A stretch of DNA of 64,000 nucleotides from Dudresnaya verticillata (lineage: Eukaryota): positions 124,001 to 188,000 of the forward strand of contig OZ374564.1 of assembly GCA_977862235.1 (NCBI GenBank), written 5' to 3'. The stretch's first letter is position 1. Every line of letters starts with the position of its first letter. Below are positions 55,424 to 64,000 of the stretch, one piece after another. The notes below the pieces were generated by a model, which had not been told where the DNA came from, searched no databases, and was given only the letters and a program-made list of their open reading frames with translations. The translations under genes were made by a program, and so were the position numbers.

Positions 55424-57163
55424 TCAGCCCTTGAGCTTGATCACAGACGGTAGGTAGTCAGGAGGAGTCTCCAGACCAAGCAGGTTCAGCATTGTTGAAG
55501 AAAGGTTAGCAATACCAGCGAACTTAGAGTCAGGATCGGAGCTGGACCAGAGCGCAGTATCATCAAGCTCAAATTTCTCAATTCCTGGTCCCGTGATGAT
55601 GCATGGGACACGCTGCTTTGTATGTGAGACCTTGGCTTTCCATCCTTCTGGCCGTGAGCCTGGCTTCGGCTTCCCATCTTTGCCAAGCTCTGCCATGATA
55701 TCGCAGTTACCGTGGTCAGCCGTCAGAATAACAATACCATTTCGCTTTACGATCTCTGGGACGACACGAGCGAGACAGAGGTCGAGACACTCCATGGCAA
55801 GGCGAGCAGCAACCATGTGACCAGTATGACCGACCATGTCACCGTTTGCATAGTTGACAACCATCAAGTCCGGCTTGAACTCGTCGAGGTCCTTCAAGAT
55901 CTCATCTGAGATCTCTGCTGCCCTCATCCACGGGCGAGTATGCTCACGCTCCGTGTACGATGGAACACACGTATACTTCTCAAGTGTCTTGTCAAATTTA
56001 GCGGCGCGGTTTCCGTTAAAGAAGTATGTGACGTGTCCATACTTCTGCGTCTCAGAAATAGAATATCGCTTTAGCCCGTTCGAAACGACATACTCACCAA
56101 CAGTACGATCAATAGATGGCGGGGAAACCAGAAAGCGAGCCGGAATACCGGCATCACCATCGTACTGCATCATACCAGCGTATCTCGTCTTAGGGACCCT
56201 AATACGGTCAAAGTGCGGGAACTCGCCCTCGTCAGCTTCGAACGCCAAAGATATCTCGATTGCACGATCGCCGCGGAAGTTCCAGAAGAGCACAGAGTCG
56301 CCATCCTGCACAGGGCCAACAGCCTGTCCCTGCTCGTCGGCAATAACAAACGGCGGGAAGTATTGATCCACCATGCTGTCATCCTTGTAGAACTCGTTAA
56401 CAGCTTCCACGGAGGAAGGGAACGAGCGGAGATTGGCAGTGTCACCGAGAACATGGGCAGCCCAACCGCGCTGGACCATGCCCCAATCGGCCTCGTAACG
56501 ATCCATGGTACAGACCATACGGCCTCCGCCACTAGCGATACGAGCATCTACTCCAGACTCGCGCACAGCCTCCAGACGCTTCTCGAGCGGACCGAAGTAG
56601 TCCAGGGCAGAGCGCTCCGACACATCGCGGCCGTCGGCAAGGACGTGTACGCGGATGCGCTTCACGCCTTCATCGACGGCGGTGTCGATGAGTTGGAAGA
56701 CATGGTTAACGTGAGAGTGGACGTTTCCGTCCGAGTAAAGGCCCAGGAGGTGGAGCGTGGCGCCTTCTGAGACGCACGGCTCGACCAGCCAGCGCCATAC
56801 CTCCGACTTGAAGTCGCCCGTATGGAAAGCGTTGTTGACCAGTTTGGCTCCCTGGTCGAAAACGCGGCCGGCGCCAAGGGCGTTGTGGCCGACCTCTGAA
56901 TTGCCCATGTCGCCCATGGTGGGCAGGCCGACCGACTTACCCGAGGCTTCCAGCTCAGTGAACAAGGCAGCGTGACCTTGCGGGCCTTCGCCGGACATGA
57001 GCTTATCCAGGAATGGGGTGCGCGAGGTGGTGACGGCATTCCACTCGGCGTCCGGGGCCTGGCCGACGCCGTCCATGATGATGAGCGCGACCGGGCCGTC
57101 CGGTTTCGTGTAACCAGGCTTTGGCTCGAGGGTCATAGTGGCGGGGGTGCTTGAGGAAGCCAT
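55424..57163 (-). CDS. gpmI: 2,3-bisphosphoglycerate-independent phosphoglycerate mutase
   Basis: IIMDGVG, MGNSEVGH, SDGNVHSH, LADGRD, MDRYE, NFRGDRA, SETQKYGHVTYFFNG, NGDMVGHTG, TADHGN. Confidence 0.96.
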   Translation of the reverse strand: MASSSTPATMTLEPKPGYTKPDGPVALIIMDGVGQAPDAEWNAVTTSRTPFLDKLMSGEGPQGHAALFTELEASGKSVGLPTMGDMGNSEVGHNALGAGRVFDQGAKLVNNAFHTGDFKSEVWRWLVEPCVSEGATLHLLGLYSDGNVHSHVNHVFQLIDTAVDEGVKRIRVHVLADGRDVSERSALDYFGPLEKRLEAVRESGVDARIASGGGRMVCTMDRYEADWGMVQRGWAAHVLGDTANLRSFPSSVEAVNEFYKDDSMVDQYFPPFVIADEQGQAVGPVQDGDSVLFWNFRGDRAIEISLAFEADEGEFPHFDRIRVPKTRYAGMMQYDGDAGIPARFLVSPPSIDRTVGEYVVSNGLKRYSISETQKYGHVTYFFNGNRAAKFDKTLEKYTCVPSYTEREHTRPWMRAAEISDEILKDLDEFKPDLMVVNYANGDMVGHTGHMVAARLAMECLDLCLARVVPEIVKRNGIVILTADHGNCDIMAELGKDGKPKPGSRPEGWKAKVSHTKQRVPCIITGPGIEKFELDDTALWSSSDPDSKFAGIANLSSTMLNLLGLETPPDYLPSVIKLKG

Positions 57164-57724
57164 GATGCTGGATGGGAAGAGTGCAGAATTGAAGTGAGAT
57201 CGGAGATGTGTCTGGAAGATGGGTTTAAGTAGGGCAGAGCTGCGTTGAGGCGAGGATGGCAGGACCTGAGCTACTCTAGAGAGTGGTGAAGAAAGGGATG
57301 AAGACGTTTTGAGCGATTGCACCACGCAGTCGGCGGGGGCGGGGCGTATCCTGTAATGTGCACTATGCACTAGCGGTAGTATTTTGAAAGAATATGAATG
57401 TCGACTGTAAGGGCCCCAGACGTTGCAAAAAAGTTTGTGCGGCTGCTGGAACACAGAAAAACTGATTCGCCCGACGGTGTCCCAGATCCGGATTAGAAAT
57501 GATGACTGCAGATCGCAATATCGATTGGGCCATGTGTGTGATTTGCAGCACATCTGAATCCGGTTTGCGGTTGAGCAGATATTCGCTCATTTGCCGCCAA
57601 CCGATTCGCTCGTACTTATTCTGTAGAACGGCAGCAGACAATTCTGCGCCGGTCCGCCAGATATTTTTTTCGGGGCAACCGAAGCTGCAACTTGCAAGCG
57701 CAACAGACCTCGCAGTCCCAACGC

Positions 57725-57786
57725 CTTCACGAGAGTTGCAATGGGACGTACACCTTCGTCCTAACTTCTTCACGAGAGTTGGAATG
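57725..57786. repeat. 19-bp near-perfect direct repeat
   Basis: CTTCACGAGAGTTGCAATG and CTTCACGAGAGTTGGAATG. Confidence 0.8.
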
Positions 57787-58183
57787 CGGACTCCTTTTGC
57801 ATGTCAGAAACAGTCTACTGCCCCGTAGCTACTCCAATGAAACCTTGCGCAAGACATTTTCCCTGCTTGTTTGCGCCTGACGTTTCCGTCATCGATCCGA
57901 AACAAAAGTCGTTTTCATTCCTCTTACGATGCTAGTCTCTCCTCTTTCCATTACTTTCTGGCCTACTCTATCCCTGCTGCAGATCTCTGATACAACTTTC
58001 TGTTTCTCTGGTTCATACTCACCCACCTGTTGCTGGCAATCTGTGCCAAAACAACATATCGATGTTTGCAACCTTTATTAATTAATGATGCCATGGTTTA
58101 TCCTCCTACAACCCCCCAACATACTCTCCCGCGCAGGTAGTGCTCCAACCCAGTTAGAAGTAAGTAGTAAGCTCTTCGCCCTT

Positions 58184-59326
58184 TCAATACGGAAGGAAAC
58201 CTTGAAACAAATCCAAAGCCATCCTACTCCGCACCAAAGCCATATCGACCTGCTTGTAAAACATCTTTATCCCCAGAGCCAAGCAGTCGGCCGCCTTCGC
58301 TACGTACACACCGCAGCTTCCCGAATCCGTTTGTCGCGGTATCTTCGCCCACCTCTTCGTACCAAATGCTCGCGGTTCCAAAGCATCCGGCAAAACCCCA
58401 AGACGTTTTATCCTGTACATATTCAGTACCACCGTCCAGTTCTGCAATTGCAGTGCTTCCGCCTGCTCCAAGCCACATTTTTCCGCCACTTCATCACCAA
58501 ACCATTGTCGTATGGTGTTTACAACCTCTTTCGAATCCGGTGCATGCAGCGAATCCAGGTAATGAAAGTGCCTTGCCGACAAGTCTATTACGCAAAGAAT
58601 CCAGTGCGTGTTTCCCAAGTTAACCGGGAAGAGAAGCCGGTCGTAGTCCAACACATTCACCCCCGCGCGTTTCGTCCATCTAGATACCCCTGCAAAGTCA
58701 TACCCACCTCGTGTCAAGCAAGTATAAAAGAATGTACTGAACATGTACGTCTTCGGTATGTCTCGTCGTTCTCCATCGCTAAGGTCGCGGTAAACTTCAT
58801 CATTTCGAACATTGATCATGAAAGAATACGCGTTTAGAAGCTCATCATTGAGCCATCGCCGCCCTCGCAAAAGCTTGAAGTCCCCACGAGCCAGCACAAT
58901 ACGGCTATTTGTTGGGCTCGTCACCTCCGCCAGACGCTGCGTGTCTGGACTTCCTCTGGTGATATCCTTCAAGGCCTCTTCCTCCTCCTGTGTTAACTCG
59001 TCCAGGTATCTGTGACGAGGGCGTTCTCTCAATGTTCTTTCGCGAGCTTCACTGCACCATTGTGAAAACTTTTCGAGCGCTTCCCCACGAGTATGCATTG
59101 CGGCATCCTGTGCTTCCGTAGCGCTAGAGCCTTCGCCATCTGATTCATTGGTCAGATCAATAACAGCAGGAGGACGGTTCCTTAAACTTCGATTCGCTAA
59201 TCTGGCACTTCTTCGCCGTGGAGGCGAACGTTCAATATCAGTATGAAAAGAACTCTCTTGCGCGGAACCAAGATTGTTCCCGTCTTGTTTGCTACCTTCA
59301 CGGCTTGAATTGAAGGACATCCCCAT
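58184..59326 (-). CDS. Ulp1/SENP SUMO protease (peptidase C48)
   Basis: WLNDELLNAY, FSTFFY, LLFPVN..THW, YLDSL and PRQTDSGSCGVYV give the His-Asp-Cys triad plus oxyanion Gln. Confidence 0.93.
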   Translation of the reverse strand: MGMSFNSSREGSKQDGNNLGSAQESSFHTDIERSPPRRRSARLANRSLRNRPPAVIDLTNESDGEGSSATEAQDAAMHTRGEALEKFSQWCSEARERTLRERPRHRYLDELTQEEEEALKDITRGSPDTQRLAEVTSPTNSRIVLARGDFKLLRGRRWLNDELLNAYSFMINVRNDEVYRDLSDGERRDIPKTYMFSTFFYTCLTRGGYDFAGVSRWTKRAGVNVLDYDRLLFPVNLGNTHWILCVIDLSARHFHYLDSLHAPDSKEVVNTIRQWFGDEVAEKCGLEQAEALQLQNWTVVLNMYRIKRLGVLPDALEPRAFGTKRWAKIPRQTDSGSCGVYVAKAADCLALGIKMFYKQVDMALVRSRMALDLFQGFLPY

Positions 59327-59868
59327 ATCACTTACTGCCGGAAAGAAACAATCACACCGCGCTGGACGAAGCAAGAAGACGCACACACATACCTGCAGCT
59401 GCCTCGATGAGTTCTTATGTTTTGTTGATTTGAGCCATGTTGTAAGTATCGTTAGTTGTATTGCATCACAGCCCGACCCGTTCCTCGGGCAGCATCCCCG
59501 CGGGACAACAGGTCAGAGGTCCATTCCGGATGGTTTAGCGCCAAAAGAGAAAAAGCCAAAATATAAAATAAAATAGAAAAGCAGCCGGATTTGCAATATA
59601 TCCTCGCAACCTCGCACACACACAGTAGTGAGCTTGAGCTGAAGACTGTGCTGAGCGGATCTCGCATGCCACGTCGGCTGCGAAAACCACCTCGCCACGG
59701 TCATCTCGGAGAAGACTTGTCAAGCTGCATTTCTCTCTGCTATCCGGTGTTCGTTCATTCAATCCGTTCCCCTTGTGGGGAAGTTCGACTGCACGACGCG
59801 CAAAGAGAAGGCAGCTGCTTTTCCAGGCTGGAGTTTATGGCCTGCAGCGGTACCGATTCGAATCAAGG

Positions 59869-60897
59869 ATGAACACCGGACGAGAGGCGTTCGTACCGTC
59901 CTTTACTGCCCCGTACCGGACACCGTCCGTGCACAGATCGACTTCGTCTCGACCATGCCGGCAACGTGTCCCGAGGACCAAGTTCTCATTGCCTTTCCGC
60001 ATGGCAGCTTCTGAAAAAAGCGCTGAACCAGTCCCAATCCCGTTAGCTCCAAAGATCTCAGACGCATGGGAATTGGACTTCTACTCACGGCCAGTCGTTG
60101 GCTTGGACGGCAAGAAGTTATGGGAACTAATTCTCGTCGACTCAGCGGGCGGCTTCGAGCATATTGAGGCAATTCCGAACTCCCTTGTCAACTCGCGAGA
60201 GCTTCGGAAACGTATTCAAGCCGTCATAGATGACGCTCCAGTCGCCCCGAAGACCATCCGTTTCTTCCGTGTACAGATGTTTAACATGATTCAGATTGCC
60301 TTGTCGGAAATTGATGTGCAAGTTGCTCCGTCACGAAAGACTTATGCTCTATTCAAGCTGCTGAAGGATCGGGAGGAGAATGTATATCGAAACATGCCAG
60401 GCTTCCAGGAGTCCCTCAGCAGCCGAGGCTTCTCATTTAGCGGAATTGACCTCGTCGTGCCACAGCGCTTGCCCGACGCGTTGCGATGCGAGAGCTTTGC
60501 GTTTGGTTCATTCCCTCTCGGTCAATTAGAAGAATTTTTCGACACGGCGGACGCCAAGGACTTCTTCGGTGATCGGTGCTTGGTGGATCCAAGTATTCCA
60601 AAGGATACGATGGTCCCTGGCATGATTGTCTTTTCCAAGCGCGCTTATCCTCTATCTGCGTGGGTGAGCGGTACAGAACTCGCCTTTATTCGAGCTACGT
60701 TGGAGAGGCAGGAAATTGTTTTCGAGTGTGGACTAAACACCGTATATAGGTTTGCAGAAATCACGGAAGACCTCAAAAGGGATGCCCGGCAGTTTCAAGG
60801 AGGCAAGGAGCAATGCGGAGGATTGCATTTCCTTGCGGTGCAAACCAGCGCGGAGGCAGAAGAGATCGATGGCATGTGGTTACTGTGCGAATCGTAA
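59869..60897 (+). CDS. TAB2: Tab2/ATAB2-family plastid RNA-binding protein
   Basis: WELDFYSRPV..GKKLWEL, VNSREL, IRFFR.QM.NMI, LPDAL, RAYPLSAWVSG.E, GLHFLAVQ..GMWLL; transit-like N-terminus. Confidence 0.92.
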   Translation: MNTGREAFVPSFTAPYRTPSVHRSTSSRPCRQRVPRTKFSLPFRMAASEKSAEPVPIPLAPKISDAWELDFYSRPVVGLDGKKLWELILVDSAGGFEHIEAIPNSLVNSRELRKRIQAVIDDAPVAPKTIRFFRVQMFNMIQIALSEIDVQVAPSRKTYALFKLLKDREENVYRNMPGFQESLSSRGFSFSGIDLVVPQRLPDALRCESFAFGSFPLGQLEEFFDTADAKDFFGDRCLVDPSIPKDTMVPGMIVFSKRAYPLSAWVSGTELAFIRATLERQEIVFECGLNTVYRFAEITEDLKRDARQFQGGKEQCGGLHFLAVQTSAEAEEIDGMWLLCES

Positions 60898-63201
60898 GAA
60901 CATCACCAGCGCTGATAAAAGAAGACCAGTTGAGCTATTCTTAAGTCTCGGGACACGTAGAAAGTGCGGAAAGAAAAGCCGTTCGCGAGCCATTTGGGTG
61001 TCATTCATGGCGAAGTTCTTGCGGGGTTCAATCCCATTTTTCATATGCCACTTCTGCCAGCGGCTTGTGAAGCTTAATATGCCTTTTCGTATGGCAAGGT
61101 TGGCAGTCTCGCCTGCAGTAAGGCCACCATGAACAGCTCCAACACTGAGATATGTCCAGCGTTCAGCAAAGACTCCAAGCCGGGTGACTTTTCTATGCGT
61201 GACAAGCTCACCTGGAGGAGCCCGCGGTGGTAGTGGGGTTTGTGGCAATTCAACTTGGCAATTAACCCCCACGGGCAATGACATGCCCTGAGCAACGTGG
61301 TCTGCCGGATACGTAAGGGCTGGAAAATTCACGTAGGAAGATGAAAGTTATCGTGTTACTGCTGTATGGTAGTGTATATGATAGTCTCGCGTCGCAAAGA
61401 GAAGTAATATGTAGGCTGCCTAACGGGACCGATACTCCGTCATGTTTCCGATGCCTGCGTATGTAAATCATTGTGTCAAACAGCTGATATACTTCTCCAC
61501 GTTTCGCAACCGGCATAGCTGCTTCTCACATTGCCTTATACAAGAGGTTCACCCCCGTGCCTGAATTCGCTATTACTGTAGCTGTGTAAAGACGTCCTTT
61601 ACAAGTTTTTGATGAAGCTTTTCCCGGCTTCGGGCAACACAGACTTACGCTACAGTTGGAAGAGTTTATCGCGGCGACCATCACTTTCGGGCTAACCCTC
61701 TTGTGCCCCGTGATATCACCAGCTACATTGTGACCAAAAGTAGGAATCAAAAGGGTTCTTGATCGGGAATCACGAGCAGCTTGTAGTGCTGAGCCGAATG
61801 TAATTAGAGGGCCGATAAGGCACTGTATCACTGACAAAGCGAACTCAGCAATATGGTACATATTGTGGCCGAGATAAATTAGTGCCATCGTTTGAGATGA
61901 AAGTGTGTCATTCGTATGTACTCGCGGGCTATGTTCCTGACTCCAATACTGCACGGTCAGTTTTCCCAGCTCTTCAGAACATCGGATTACTTTGCTTGGA
62001 CCAAGGCTTTTTACCCTCGGGCAGCAATAATACAGAAAGTAGGGCCGTTATAACGTTATAACCGTTCTGCTTTCCTCAATGCGGTCCTCTTTGTGTCCTT
62101 GTGACATTGTACGCCACAAATTGTTGGCAATCTCAAGACGAACAGGATCAATTTGTCCTTCTCCGGAAGGTTTGTGTGCATTCAATGGTCCTTTTGCATT
62201 ATTAGATGTATGACATTACTGGCTTTGTCTATTCATAGATGACAGTAAACCTCGTTGCGAGCTCTTGAGCACTTGGTACGGAATAGGACTGCTCTGCCTT
62301 AGTTTTATTAGCGGAGAGAAGAAGGCACAGTCGAAGCATAGCTCCAAATACCTGTTCTTTCTCTATAGCTCTGCGAACAGTACTACTGGGCTGCGTTCTT
62401 GAAGTTGACAATTGATACTTCTGACGGGGTACGTACAGGACCCCTTTCTGTCTAAATGTTAACGTATCCAGAGCAGTACCGTAGGGTACATAGTACTTTA
62501 CTACCTCGACGGTAAGTTTCTGCACGATGGAATGAGAATCCCTTCGCCGACAAAACTGAGTACAGACTGGTATTCTGAACTTGAAAGGGTTTGAAAGGAA
62601 GGTGCTCGAGTGCCTTGAAGGTAAGCAAACATCTTTCCACAGCAGCAGCTCCTGGTTTTCCAAAACGGGCGCGGCGAAGGCACGCAGCCTATTGGAGAAG
62701 CGGCGATCATTATAGCGTGAACCACAGCAAATTGGCAGTGCAGCACAGCAACCGCAGCAGCCGGCACCATTAACGCAACGAGCGGCACGGCGTACCGCCC
62801 TGGCCGGCCAGAATGTTAACGCGTCAGAAATCGGCTCACGGAGCCGAAGCTTTGTGGAAAAGAGTGCTCCTTGCGACCGCCACACATCCCCTTTCTCTCC
62901 CGGAGCTCAAAAGCTCACGCAATCTTGCGGGCCACATTCAGACCGTCCCAATTCCCCCCTGCGCCCGCTTTTGCACCAGTACAATATACACCTCCTATAA
63001 GCCTCACCGCCTCCCTCCCAATGCACCCAACCCGTCCCTACCGCCGTCCCTCCCGCCCAGCACCCCCACCCGCGCTCTTCGTGTTCCGGAAGCCATGCGC
63101 CAGAATCCGTGCCTCTGCTGCTGCTGAGCCTGCGCGTCTTCCTATCCCGCTCTCCGTCCACCTCTTTCGCGCACGCGTCGTGCGCACCGCTGTCGCTTGC
63201 C

Positions 63202-64000
63202 ATGCCTCTTCCATGGGTCGTTGCCAGCACCCATTCGCTCCGCCACGCTCCGTGCGCCCGTGCGCACCGACCACGGATACTCCAAGTCCTTCTCTCGCTC
63301 TTGCTGCTGCTGCTGCTTCAAACGCGCTCCGCCCACGCCAAGGTCGTCCAGATTCAGGTGCTGCACCGCCACGGTGCGCGTCCGCCGCTCAAAAAGCATC
63401 CGTTCAACCAGACTGAGGCAGAAAGCTCCTCTGGGCTCTTCCCGCAGGGGTCTGCCCAGCTGCGTGAGCTCGGCAGATATCTGCGCAAGACCTACATCGA
63501 GGATGGCGCCCCGAAGCAGATCGATGGCATCAACCCCGAGCGCCCAGGCAGGGATGGCTTGATCTCGTACAGCTCTAACTTTCGGCGAACACTTACGAGT
63601 GGCGCTTTTTTTCTGCGAGGGCTTTACCCTGGTCCAGGGATTACTGCGCAGCTAGTGTTTGGGAACGAGGAGAATGATTGGATTATTCGCGGGTATGCCA
63701 TTTGCGAGGCGCTTGCAAAAAAGTTTAAGGAGTTTGTGGAAAGCGACGAGTTTGTTGACAAGAAGCGGGAGGGAGGCAACGACGTTTTCGTCAAGGAGCT
63801 TGCGGAGAAGCTGAAGGACCAGCCTGGAACGTTTGATGAGGTTTACAACATTTATGACCGGTTTCAGATCTTGAACAATTCCAAGTATGGGTCAGACAAC
63901 TACGAGGACAAAATAACGGGGGCGCCACTAACGGTGCCTGAGATGGAGAGGCTGAAGGGCCTTGCGGATTGGTATGAGACGTCCAAGTACCACTTTGCAG
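63202..64000 (+). CDS. Secretory histidine acid phosphatase family protein (runs off the window end)
   Basis: My translation: LLSLLLLLLLQTRSAHA signal, VLHRHGARPP (RHGxRxP), LGRYLRKTY, SSNFRRTLTS..FLRGLYP; absent from the ORF track because it is open-ended. Confidence 0.9.
   Translation, partial: MPLPWVVASTHSLRHAPCARAHRPRILQVLLSLLLLLLLQTRSAHAKVVQIQVLHRHGARPPLKKHPFNQTEAESSSGLFPQGSAQLRELGRYLRKTYIEDGAPKQIDGINPERPGRDGLISYSSNFRRTLTSGAFFLRGLYPGPGITAQLVFGNEENDWIIRGYAICEALAKKFKEFVESDEFVDKKREGGNDVFVKELAEKLKDQPGTFDEVYNIYDRFQILNNSKYGSDNYEDKITGAPLTVPEMERLKGLADWYETSKYHFA

Noticed and set aside
57164..57553. N-terminal extension of the iPGAM ORF (likewise for the FKBP, cyclase and TAB2 ORFs)
   Set aside because: Mostly non-ATG starts running through promoter/UTR sequence; downstream ATGs fit the family boundaries better
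60900..62900. Protein gene in the TAB2-phosphatase gap (ORFs 61526-61954 and 62229-62885)
   Set aside because: No motifs or protein-like composition; non-coding transcription cannot be excluded

Overview
Eukaryotic nuclear DNA, most likely from a red alga (florideophyte-like; this is inferred, not database-confirmed). The evidence is about 24 compact, mostly intronless genes, two clear GT-AG introns (FKBP, RPL31), eukaryote-specific genes (HERC ligase, CBP80, SUMO protease, RPL31), and several plastid-type proteins with a Phe near the N-terminus (sigma factor, Tab2, FKBP, a FAS1 protein resembling a phycobilisome linker). Most genes sit in head-to-head pairs. Non-coding highlights are a palindrome- and repeat-rich block at 1-2850 resembling DNA-transposon debris, an 11 kb ORF-poor gap (24-35 kb) with microsatellites and promoter-like islands, and 18 non-coding TACWGTA motifs matching the Tc1/mariner excision footprint. 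The most interesting coding observations are a bacterial QueD-type enzyme (CxxxHGH) next to PUS10, a small D-box plus coiled-coil protein resembling geminin, an LpxC with an altered HKxxD motif, and candidate galactan-modifying Golgi proteins. I could not demonstrate a complete novel multi-gene system from sequence alone. All family assignments rest on motif recognition, without database searches.
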